A stretch of 52,279 nt of DNA from an uncultured Ruficoccus sp. (GTDB lineage: Bacteria > Verrucomicrobiota > Verrucomicrobiia > Opitutales > Cerasicoccaceae): contig OZ223483.1 of the NCBI GenBank assembly GCA_965140785.1, positions 1 through 52,279 of the forward strand, given 5' to 3'. Within the stretch, counting starts at the first letter, position 1; each line of letters starts with the position of its first letter. The notes under the pieces were generated by a model. That model did no database searches. It was given only the letters and a program-made list of their open reading frames with translations, and was not told the DNA's origin. Both the position numbers and the translations under genes were made by a program. Positions 32,191 to 46,343 of the stretch are shown here, in pieces.

Positions 32191-32546
32191 ATGCTAGAAG
32201 TCAATATCCGTTATCTGGAGGAAGACATGCGCACTCCCCGCGAGGGCCCCCAGCCCTTTGCCCGCAACGTGGACGCCGACGACCTGCTCGACCTGCTCGA
32301 AGACATCCGCGAGGCCTCCATTGGCCTGGGCACCCACCCCGCCCCCGAGATGTATTTCAGCGACAGCGACGGGCTCCTGCTCGTGCGAGCCGAGGAGGGC
32401 CACCTGGCCTGGTCCCGCCCCGAGATGGAGGGCACCGGCTCCGTCCCCACCACCGCCGAGGAGTTCACCAGCCCTGCCTCTTCCCGGACTTCGAGGAGCA
32501 CGAGGAGGAACCCGAGGAAGATACCCGCGTGTACGCGAACGATTAA
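32191..32546 (+). CDS. Small acidic hypothetical protein, probably frameshifted near 32465 (unshifted frame ends at 32583)
   Basis: MLEVNIRYLEED... continues more plausibly as ...QPCLFPDFEEHEEEPEEDTRVYAND* in the shifted frame. Confidence 0.45.
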
Positions 32547-32563
32547 ACAGGTATCAACTGCTT

Positions 32564-32628
32564 CCATTCTTCACCCCAAGTGAAGACATCCAGATGCGCT
32601 GCATCTAGGATCCAAGGCTATGCCTTGG
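32564..32628 (-). repeat. Three-hairpin repeat, copy E, overlapping the prfA stop
   Basis: Minus strand: CCAAGGC-ata-GCCTTGG ATCC TAGATGC-agc-GCATCTG GATGTCTTCAC-ttggg-GTGAAGAATGG. Confidence 0.7.
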
Positions 32629-33700
32629 CGTTGAGCGCCTCCAGGCGGGCCTGGAGATCGGCGCGGCGAAGCGCCTCGACGAGGTCGTCGAGATCGCCCT
32701 CCATCACCTGGGGCAGCGACAGGCTCAGGCCAATGCGGTGATCAGTCAGGCGGTTCTGGGGAAAGTTGTAAGTGCGGATGCGCTCGGAACGGTCGCCCGT
32801 GCCAATCTGGCTGCGGCGGTTGGCGGCGTACTTCTCCTGTTCCTCGCGCTGCTTCTGCTCCAGCAGGCGTGAACGCATCACGGTCAGGGCCTTGGCACGG
32901 TTCTTGTGCTGGGAGCGCTCGTCGGCGCAGTACACGGTGACGCCGGTGGGCTTGTGGGTCATCTGCACCGCCGAGTCAGTGGTGTTGACGTGCTGCCCCC
33001 CCGCCCCACTGGCGCGGGTAGTGGTGATTTCCAGGTCCTCGGGCTTGATCTCGATATCGACCTCCTCGGCCTCGGGGAGCACGGCCACTGTCGCTGTGGA
33101 GGTGTGAATGCGCCCGCTGGCCTCCGTCACCGGCACGCGCTGCACACGGTGCACACCGGATTCGTACTTGAGGACTTTGTAAACATCCTCGCCGGTGATG
33201 AGGAAGGAGATTTCCTTAAACCCGCCCGCGTCGGACTCGCTCGCGCCCATCGGCTCGACCTTCCAGCCGCGCACGTCGGCGAAGCGCTGGTACATGCGGG
33301 TCAGATCCCCGGCGAAGAGCGAGGCCTCGTCCCCACCAGCCCCGGCGCGGATTTCCACAATCGTGTTGCGCGAATCGCTCGGGTCGGGCGGCAGCATGGC
33401 CAGCAGGAGCTCGTCCCGCTTTTGGGCGACCGCCTCCTCCAGCCCGGCGACTTCCTCCCCAGCCAGTTCCTTGAGTTCAGTGTCGGCCTCGGGATCGTCG
33501 ATGAGGGCGCGATTGCCCGCCAGATCGGCTTCGAGTTTCTCGGCAGCGTCATACATGCCGATGATTTCGCTCAGCCGGGTATGCTCGCGCGAGAGCTCGG
33601 CGGCGCGGCGCTGGTCGGAGAAAAAGTCCGGCTGCGCCATCTGGGCGTCGAGTTCTTCCTTGCGGGTGCGAAACGGAGCGATATCGGGAATGCCTTCCAT
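32618..33700 (-). CDS. prfA: Peptide chain release factor 1
   Basis: [25 protein letters not shown] (PxT motif of RF1), [24 protein letters not shown]. Confidence 0.95.
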   Translation of the reverse strand: MEGIPDIAPFRTRKEELDAQMAQPDFFSDQRRAAELSREHTRLSEIIGMYDAAEKLEADLAGNRALIDDPEADTELKELAGEEVAGLEEAVAQKRDELLLAMLPPDPSDSRNTIVEIRAGAGGDEASLFAGDLTRMYQRFADVRGWKVEPMGASESDAGGFKEISFLITGEDVYKVLKYESGVHRVQRVPVTEASGRIHTSTATVAVLPEAEEVDIEIKPEDLEITTTRASGAGGQHVNTTDSAVQMTHKPTGVTVYCADERSQHKNRAKALTVMRSRLLEQKQREEQEKYAANRRSQIGTGDRSERIRTYNFPQNRLTDHRIGLSLSLPQVMEGDLDDLVEALRRADLQARLEALNAKA

Positions 33701-33756
33701 AGGTTTTCTAAACACCCCATCGCCGCAAAGCCCTTGAACAAAGACAAGGATAAAGA

Positions 33757-33855
33757 TTTTTCTGGTTCTTAGTTCTTAGTGCTTTGTTCTTGGTTATCAA
33801 ACGACCTGCGACTAATAACTAAGCACAAAGAACCAAGCACGAAGCACCAGAAAAA
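33757..33855. repeat. Inverted arms built of 7-bp tandem units
   Basis: TTCTTAG/TGCTTTG-type units at 33757-33796 mirrored by CAAGCAC/AAAGAAC-type units at 33816-33855. Confidence 0.75.
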
Positions 33856-34887
33856 ATGACTTCTTCGACCAACAAGCTGAACAACCGCAACGTGGTGGCG
33901 GTGGTCTGGGACTTCGACAAGACCCTGACGCCCGGTTACATGCAGGCGCCGATCTTCGAACGCTACGGGATCGACGAGGAGCACTTCTGGCAGGAGGTCA
34001 ACGCCCTGCCAGACATCTACGCCAAGCGCGGCATCACCGTCTCGCGCGAGACCGTTTACCTCAACCACCTGCTCAGCTTCATCAAAAACGGCCCCCTCAA
34101 GGGCCTGCAAAACCGCCACCTGCACGAGCTGGGCGGGAAAATCCCGTTCTTTCCGGGGCTGCCGGCGTTTTTCGGGCAACTGAAGGACTTTGTCACCTCC
34201 AAAGCGGATTACAAAAAGCACGAAATCCGCCTGGAGCACTACATCATTAGCACCGGCCTGGCCGAGATGATCCGCGGCAGCCAGATCGCCGGCGCTGTGG
34301 ACGGGATTTTCGCCTGCGAGCTGATCGAGTGCCCCCTGCCGCCGTACTTCAGCCGCCAGGACGAGCTCCAGATGCAGATGGACTTCGAGATCAGCCAGAT
34401 CGGCGTCATCGTGGACAACACGATCAAGACCCGCTACCTCTTTGAGATCAACAAGGGCTCGAACAAAAACCCGGCCATCAACGTCAACTCCAAGATGGCC
34501 CAGGAAGACCGCCGGGTGCCCTTTACGAACATGATCTACATCGCCGACGGCCCCAGCGACGTGCCCTGCTTCTCCGTCGTGCGCAAGGCCGGAGGCAAGA
34601 CCTTCGCCGTCTACAACCCCGAGAGCGAAGCCGAGTTCGCCCAGAACGACCGCCTCTGCGAGGACGGCCGCGTCCACAACTACGGCCCGGCCGACTACAC
34701 CCCCGGCTCCTCCACTGCCCGCTGGCTGCGCCTGCAGGTAGAGAAAATCTGCGACCGCATCGTCGAGGAACAGGAGGACCTCCTCGCCCGCCGCGTCAAA
34801 CAGCCCCCGCGCCACCTCCACCGCGACGCCGACGGCGACCCCACCCCCGAGCCCGAACCCCAACCCGAGCTGCACCTGGAACAGTAA
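33856..34887 (+). CDS. HAD-superfamily hydrolase
   Basis: Motif I WDFDKT, motif II IISTG, motif III K, motif [10 protein letters not shown]. Confidence 0.85.
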   Translation: MTSSTNKLNNRNVVAVVWDFDKTLTPGYMQAPIFERYGIDEEHFWQEVNALPDIYAKRGITVSRETVYLNHLLSFIKNGPLKGLQNRHLHELGGKIPFFPGLPAFFGQLKDFVTSKADYKKHEIRLEHYIISTGLAEMIRGSQIAGAVDGIFACELIECPLPPYFSRQDELQMQMDFEISQIGVIVDNTIKTRYLFEINKGSNKNPAINVNSKMAQEDRRVPFTNMIYIADGPSDVPCFSVVRKAGGKTFAVYNPESEAEFAQNDRLCEDGRVHNYGPADYTPGSSTARWLRLQVEKICDRIVEEQEDLLARRVKQPPRHLHRDADGDPTPEPEPQPELHLEQ

Positions 34888-34941
34888 GGGTTTCTCTTTA
34901 CAATGTTGATATTTAAATTATTGACCCGACCCCTTCAGGTG

Positions 34942-35418
34942 ATGCTGGGGGTGTTATTATTAATCCCTTGTTTGGGATGCTCATTGAATAAAGGGCATGA
35001 TGATTTAATGACGGTTTCATTGGATGCATATAATGCTGTAGTAAATAACGATTATGGTGATTTTAAGGATATTGCAGGTACGACTCAACTGAGTAGGATG
35101 GATGAAAGGTATGTTCGTTTTTATTTTAATATGATTAGTGATGAGGTTAGCCGATATCCAATTAAGGATGGGGTCAGCCTCGAGGTATCTGAATACAGCG
35201 AGGGCTGGGTGGATGTTTTAAAGATGCGTTATGACAGCGGGGTTTTTTCTGTATTTAATGATGATTGGAAATATTACGAGGTGTTTTATGTTTTTGCTGA
35301 TGAGCGCTCATTTACGCTGACATTTGTGAAGACGAGAACTGATATTTTCTTATTAATACCCATATACAAGAAACCCATGCCTATCGAAGACAAGATAGGG
35401 GGTCAGCCAAAGAGATAA
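34942..35418 (+). CDS. Putative lipoprotein, cassette gene 1 (start uncertain; ORF is open from 34903)
   Basis: Hydrophobic stretch and lipobox-like LGC; AT-rich codons; last codons (GGQPKR*) derive from the repeat. Confidence 0.6.
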   Translation: MLGVLLLIPCLGCSLNKGHDDLMTVSLDAYNAVVNNDYGDFKDIAGTTQLSRMDERYVRFYFNMISDEVSRYPIKDGVSLEVSEYSEGWVDVLKMRYDSGVFSVFNDDWKYYEVFYVFADERSFTLTFVKTRTDIFLLIPIYKKPMPIEDKIGGQPKR

Positions 35419-35422
35419 GGGC

Positions 35423-35494
35423 CAGGTCAATAATTTAAATATTGATTGCAGTCTGACTTGTGTAGTTATTCTATATGATTAACATGACCCCTTC
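35423..35494 (+). repeat. Inter-cassette hairpin spacer, copy 1 (72-bp core)
   Basis: CAGGTCAATAATTTAAATATTGATTGCAGTCYGACTTGTGTAGTTATTCTA-WATK-ATTAACATGACCCCTTC; 3 differences from copy 2. Confidence 0.9.
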
Positions 35495-35522
35495 ATTTAC
35501 CTGACCCCTTCATTTACCCTAA

Positions 35523-35936
35523 ATGAAAAATATATTTATTTATTTGTTTGGTGCATTTATTTTTGTGTTTTATGGTTGTGGGCCAGGTGTTATGGACTCC
35601 TCAAAAGAAATACGCAACGGATACTATTTTTATAGAAACAATTCAATCGATCAATTCATTGCACCTAAAGTTTGGAATGATGATACCCCTATGATTCCAT
35701 CGCGTGTAGTTAGATATGAAGTTGCGGAAAGATATGTTTCAGCAAAAAGAGAGACTATTGCTGTTGGAAGTTCTGGCTCTCGTATCGGTTCCGGCCATTA
35801 TGACTACTGGTTATTGGACACGCAGTCTCCATGCGTCTATGGGCCGTTTACATTTGGTGATCTTGAGAAGAAGATTAATGAAATGAACTTACCTAAATCA
35901 TTAAGTCAGAGGGGGACGAAGGGATCAGGTCAATAA
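35523..35936 (+). CDS. Putative lipoprotein, DUF3997-like, cassette gene 2
   Basis: MKNIFIYLFGAFIFVFYGC signal/lipobox; IPSRVV...YWLLD...VYGPFT pattern (family assignment from memory). Confidence 0.65.
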   Translation: MKNIFIYLFGAFIFVFYGCGPGVMDSSKEIRNGYYFYRNNSIDQFIAPKVWNDDTPMIPSRVVRYEVAERYVSAKRETIAVGSSGSRIGSGHYDYWLLDTQSPCVYGPFTFGDLEKKINEMNLPKSLSQRGTKGSGQ

Positions 35937-35968
35937 CTAAACGTTGCAGGGGGTCAGGCCGAAGAGGT

Positions 35969-36040
35969 CAGGTCAATAATTTAAATATTGATTGCAGTCC
36001 GACTTGTGTAGTTATTCTAAATTATTAACATGACCCCTTC
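35969..36040 (+). repeat. Inter-cassette hairpin spacer, copy 2 (72-bp core; 80-bp palindrome at 35961-36040)
   Basis: Near-identical to 35423-35494; arms GAAGAGGTCAGGTCAATAATTTA and TAAATTATTAACATGACCCCTTC pair at 20 of 23 positions. Confidence 0.9.
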
Positions 36041-36072
36041 GTCTCTTATGACCCCTTCATCTCTTATGCGTT

Positions 36073-36861
36073 ATGAATAAAGAAGATTTTAACATCTATA
36101 ATTCTTTGTACTTTTATAAGATGGACAAGTCCTGCCTCTTCCAGCTTTTAGCGGAAACTGACTACTTGGCGTTCAGAAATATGTGCCTATTAGAGCAACC
36201 AGCTATTTCGTTAATACTTTTTGCAGGACAGCAGACGATTGAAAAGTCTCTGAAGGCGATCATCTTGCTACATGGCGGAAAGACAAACAATTTCGGACAT
36301 GATTTACTAAATCTCTATAATGAAGCGAAGAAACTAGAGCCGAAGTTGCAGAGGCAAAACACGGCGATGTTCGATAAGCTAATAACAGAATTCAATGGTG
36401 CAGAGTTTTCGAGGTATGCATCTTCCGATATTCGTGTTGAAGAGTTACTGCACAAGCGCCTAGACACCTTTTTCATAACGCATCTCAGAAAAGCGTTTTA
36501 TGATGCTTACTACTCGGTAAACGGAAGTATTCGGATTCCCGACAAATTTACCGAAATACTCACCTACGCGAAATGGTTCCCGAACTCGCATCATGCGTTA
36601 ACTTTTGATAATCAATCGTTAGGATTCACGAACCCAGGTCAGATATCGACCATCAGACCAATCAGCTATAAGATAAAACCTGTGATTATTCTGGGCGAGC
36701 AGGAATGCAAGAATCAGAAAGAATTAGAAAAACGACTTGGTATTCGAATTTCAAACACTGAGTTTCAGCAGACATTTCTCTTGGAAGATGAAGAGCAAGA
36801 GGTTCTAGAGTCACCCGATCTTATGAATGAGTTAATTAATAGAAGAAATCAATGTTCATAA
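36073..36861 (+). CDS. HEPN domain protein, cassette gene 3
   Basis: DYLA...QQTIEKSLKA...GHDLLNL...SRY is the classical HEPN pattern, plus a C-terminal extension. Confidence 0.75.
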   Translation: MNKEDFNIYNSLYFYKMDKSCLFQLLAETDYLAFRNMCLLEQPAISLILFAGQQTIEKSLKAIILLHGGKTNNFGHDLLNLYNEAKKLEPKLQRQNTAMFDKLITEFNGAEFSRYASSDIRVEELLHKRLDTFFITHLRKAFYDAYYSVNGSIRIPDKFTEILTYAKWFPNSHHALTFDNQSLGFTNPGQISTIRPISYKIKPVIILGEQECKNQKELEKRLGIRISNTEFQQTFLLEDEEQEVLESPDLMNELINRRNQCS

Positions 36862-36869
36862 CAAGTCGT

Positions 36870-36934
36870 CAAAAGATAAGGGGTCCAAAAGATAAGGGGT
36901 CCAAAAGATAAGGGGGCATCAAAAGATAAGGGGG
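36870..36934 (+). repeat. Four tandem copies of CAAAAGATAAGGGG
   Basis: Copies start at 36870, 36886, 36902 and 36920 and run into the right terminal repeat. Confidence 0.9.
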
Positions 36935-37132
36935 CAGGTCAATAATTTAAATGTTGATTTCAATCCTCGGCTTTCCGCCGAGGCATGCGGGTGGCGAGAT
37001 CTGTCCGCACACTGTTTCCGGGTGCGCTTTACCCATCTGTTCAAGCATGGAAACGACTAAAAGATTTAAAGTGTCGGGCCGGTGTATGGCTGTTAACTGG
37101 GACGCTAACCCGCAGGAGCGGCGCGGTGTGTC

Positions 37133-37148
37133 CGGCACGGATTTTGCA
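37133..37148 (+). promoter_or_regulatory. Candidate sigma54 (-24/-12) promoter upstream of gltB
   Basis: CGGCAC-GGATT-TTGCA matches YGGCAC-N5-TTGCW. Confidence 0.55.
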
Positions 37149-37213
37149 GCACATTTCGGGGCAATCCGGCGAAAACTGCGATTTACCGCCCCGCGGGCGG
37201 GCTGCTAAGCCGT

Positions 37214-37229
37214 TGGCATAGCGGGTGCT
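37214..37229 (+). promoter_or_regulatory. Second candidate sigma54 promoter upstream of gltB
   Basis: TGGCAT-AGCGG-GTGCT with correct GG-N10-GC spacing. Confidence 0.45.
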
Positions 37230-37443
37230 TAAGGAGGCTATAAATAAAAAATTTGCATTTCCGTTCCCGACGCCCAATTTTACTCCGCTCGCGAGGGAAA
37301 GGTGTCTTGCTTCTCCATTCCAGGAATGGCTGAGGGTGGCTCGTACACCCGTTTTCCGCGCGGACCACACTTTTCCGCCTCCCATCTGCCCCGGCAGTGG
37401 GGGAATCTATGACCTCTTAACCCAGAATTACAAAAACACGCGT

Positions 37444-42123
<4,680 letters not shown>

Positions 42124-42130
42124 CATTAAC

Positions 42131-42268
42131 GTTTGAGAGTTTGAATGTTTGAGAGTTTGAAAGTTAGCGAAATCGCCCAACGGATTTTTCACTGATGATC
42201 GGATTCTCAAACCTTCGGACCTGAACGCCAAAAAACTCTCAAACTATCAAACCCTCAAACTTTCAAAC
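42131..42268. repeat. Inverted arms built of 8-bp tandem units between gltB and gltD
   Basis: (GTTTGANN)x4 at 42131-42165 mirrored by (NNTCAAAC)x4 at 42233-42268. Confidence 0.8.
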
Positions 42269-42276
42269 AGTTAGAA

Positions 42277-43767
<1,491 letters not shown>

Positions 43768-43789
43768 CAAGCGCTCGGCGCTTGACCCG

Positions 43790-43888
43790 AGTCCGGCTGG
43801 ACCAGCATTCAGGGGCTACGCCCCTAGCGGGTTACACCCGCTGGCTTTCAGGGGCAAGCCCCTACGGAGCCAGAAAGGCTCCTACCCC
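43790..43888 (+). repeat. Post-stop repeat family 2, copy 2
   Basis: AGTCCGGCTGGACCAGCA, two AGGGGC/GCCCCT hairpins and GGAGCC/GGCTCC, ending TACCCC. Confidence 0.75.
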
Positions 43889-43911
43889 GGATACGCTCAA
43901 CACCTTCTTTC

Positions 43912-43946
43912 AAAGCCGCGGCGCGTTCATCGCCCGCGGCTTTTTT
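43912..43946 (+). terminator. Intrinsic terminator of gltBD
   Basis: AAAGCCGCGG...CCGCGGCTTTTTT. Confidence 0.7.
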
Positions 43947-43960
43947 GTGAAGAGAACACA

Positions 43961-44166
43961 GGTCGCGAAGGACACAAAGGAGACACGAAGAGCACGAAGG
44001 ATTTTTCATTCCAAACCCTCCGAGTTCACGATCCTTTGGGGTAACAAAGGATTAACCACACAGACATTGAAAAACACAGAGGCAATATTAAGGGGCTATT
44101 TATATAGGCCCTCTACTTAATCCTCTCCTTCGTGCTCTTCGTGTCTCCTTTGTGTCCTTCGTGACC
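43961..44166. repeat. MITE-like element with 41-bp terminal inverted repeats
   Basis: GGTCGCGAAGGACACAAAGGAGACACGAAGAGCACGAAGGA (43961-44001) versus 44126-44166, one mismatch; AT-richer noncoding interior. Confidence 0.8.
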
Positions 44167-44173
44167 GCTCCCC

Positions 44174-46120
44174 CTACAAAAACACCGGATGCACCGTCTC
44201 GACGGAGCGGCGGGGCGGGTAGGTGAAGCTTTCCTGGGCGGCGCGGGAGTTGCGCGAGAGGAAGATAAAGAGCACCTTGAGCGGGTACCACAGGGTGCGG
44301 GCGCGGGTGATGAAGACCCGCTCGCGATTGAAGTGGAAGAGCACGTCGTCGATGTCGATCGTCGCCCCAACCTCGTCGCGGGCGTACTTGAGGAGTGCAA
44401 GCAGGTCGGGCCGCTCGCGGTAGCCGTAGCGAAAGGTGATGCGGAAAAACCCGTGGTCGAGTTTCTCCATTTCCACAATCCGGCCATGCTTGACCTTGGG
44501 CTTCACATCCGGGATAGCGGTCAGGAGTATGTTCTGCTCGCGCAGCACGTCGAAGAAGTCCATCTGGTCCGTGAGCGCGACCGGCACATAGGTGTTGTCC
44601 GCAGTGAGGAAGATGGCCGTGCCCTTGAGCGGGGTGTAGGATTTTTCCGGCAGCTCCTTGAGGAAATTCTCCAGCGGCGCCTGCTTTTCGAAGAAGGAGC
44701 GCAGGATCGTCCGACGCCCCAGTCGCCAGGTCAGCATGACCACGAACAGCCCGCCCGCGATGAGCAGCGGGTAGTAGGCCCCGGAAAAGAATTTGAGGAC
44801 GTTCGAGGCGAGGAAAGATAAATCGATAATCCAGAACAGCACCAGCAGCAGCAGGCTCAGCCCCAGGCCCTTTTCCCAGACCTTGACCCGCACATAGAAG
44901 TAGGCCAGCGAGGTGATACCCATGGCCGCCGTCACCGCCATTCCGTAGGCAGCGGCGAGGTTTTCCGAGGTTTTGAACATGATCACCGTGACAACGCACA
45001 GGATGCACAGCAGCAGGTTGACGATGGGGACATAAATCTGCCCCTCCACCTTGTTGGAGGTGTGCACGATGGGAAGATTCGGGCAGTAGCGCAGCTGGAT
45101 GGCCTGCCGGGTCAGGGCAAAAACACCTGAGATCACCGCTTGCGAAGCGATGATGGTCGCGACCGTGGCCAGGCCGACCAGCGCATAGGTCATCCAGCCC
45201 TGCGGCACCAGGCCGAAAAAGAGATTTTCCGGCAGCTTCGGGCTGGAGAGCGCCAGCGCCCCCTGGCCGAAATAGTTGAGCAGCAGCCCCGGCATGGCGA
45301 CAAAGAGCCAGGCCCGTTGAATCGCTTTGCGGCCAAAGTGCCCCATGTCCACATAAAGCGCCTCCACCCCGGTCACGCACAGCACCACGCCCCCGAGCAC
45401 CATCAGCGCCTGCCCCCGCTCGTGCCAGAGGAATTCCACCGCGTACACTGGGTTGACCGCCATGAGAATTTGCGGACCGTGCTGGAAGAGTTGGTACGCG
45501 CCCAGCCCTCCGAGCACGGCGAACCACAGCAGCATGACCGGCCCGAAGGCCTTGCCGATACCGCCGGTCCCCAGCCGCTGAATGGCGAAAAGCCCCACCA
45601 AAATACCCAATGAGATCGGCACCACCAGGTGCCCCATATCCGGCCCGGCCACCTCCAGCCCCTCGATCGCACTGAGCACCGAGATCGACGGTGTGATAAT
45701 ACCGTCACCCACCAGCAGCGCCGCCCCGAAGGCGATGAGCAGAAAAATGAAGGGTGTCTTGTTGCGCGTCTTCATCTTCTCTTCCAGCAGCGCGTGCATG
45801 GAGAAGTCGCCTCCCTCCCCTTCGTTGTCGGCCTTCATGATGAAGAGCAGGTACTTGATCGTGACCACGAGCAAGAGCGTCCAGAAAAACAGCGAGATGA
45901 TGCCGAGGATGGAGGAGCCCAGCCGGTCGGGATCGGCGAAGGCGACGGTAGCGTTGACCGCGTAGAGGGGGCTTGTCCCGATGTCGCCGAAGACCACCCC
46001 GAGCGCCGCGAGCGTCAGCCCGGCCCGGAAGCCCTCCACCTCGACCGGCTTGCTGGGCGCCGCCGCCGGTTCGGCTGCCTGGTTGCCGGTTGGCTTCTCT
46101 TCCCCCCCGTTATCTGCCAT
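44174..46120 (-). CDS. kup: KUP/HAK/KT potassium transporter
   Basis: LGVVFGDIGTSPLYA, ADNEGEGG, GDGIITPSISVLSAIEG, EALYVDMGHFG, GQIYVP. Confidence 0.95.
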   Translation of the reverse strand: MADNGGEEKPTGNQAAEPAAAPSKPVEVEGFRAGLTLAALGVVFGDIGTSPLYAVNATVAFADPDRLGSSILGIISLFFWTLLLVVTIKYLLFIMKADNEGEGGDFSMHALLEEKMKTRNKTPFIFLLIAFGAALLVGDGIITPSISVLSAIEGLEVAGPDMGHLVVPISLGILVGLFAIQRLGTGGIGKAFGPVMLLWFAVLGGLGAYQLFQHGPQILMAVNPVYAVEFLWHERGQALMVLGGVVLCVTGVEALYVDMGHFGRKAIQRAWLFVAMPGLLLNYFGQGALALSSPKLPENLFFGLVPQGWMTYALVGLATVATIIASQAVISGVFALTRQAIQLRYCPNLPIVHTSNKVEGQIYVPIVNLLLCILCVVTVIMFKTSENLAAAYGMAVTAAMGITSLAYFYVRVKVWEKGLGLSLLLLVLFWIIDLSFLASNVLKFFSGAYYPLLIAGGLFVVMLTWRLGRRTILRSFFEKQAPLENFLKELPEKSYTPLKGTAIFLTADNTYVPVALTDQMDFFDVLREQNILLTAIPDVKPKVKHGRIVEMEKLDHGFFRITFRYGYRERPDLLALLKYARDEVGATIDIDDVLFHFNRERVFITRARTLWYPLKVLFIFLSRNSRAAQESFTYPPRRSVETVHPVFL

Positions 46121-46343
46121 GCCCTGAGACAAACTCCTACCCGGCACCAAGTCGAGCTTTCGTTGGGGTCGCCGCCCCGCTCAACCATGAACGGCCCGGG
46201 CTATTGTCCTTGCTCATCACCGCCTCCCCTCCTCCATCAAGCACCCCTTGCTCACCGCCTGGTAGAAATAAACCTCAATTCTGGATTGAGTAAGGCGGCG
46301 GGGGCCAAACAATAGCGGATCAATTCCCTCTGTCCCCGGACGC

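Larger units (their letters stand above)
34905..36959. mobile_element. AT-rich cassette-like island bounded by inverted repeats
   Basis: Abrupt drop in GC; ATTTAAATTATTGACC (34911-34926) is the exact inverse of GGTCAATAATTTAAAT (36937-36952); internal conserved spacers between genes. Confidence 0.7.

Noticed and set aside
35423..36040. 72-bp spacers as canonical attC sites
   Set aside because: No RYYYAAC...GTTRRRY ends and no integron integrase in the window
36870..36934. Tandem repeats as a CRISPR array
   Set aside because: 14-bp units with only 2-4 bp between them, no unique spacers and no cas genes
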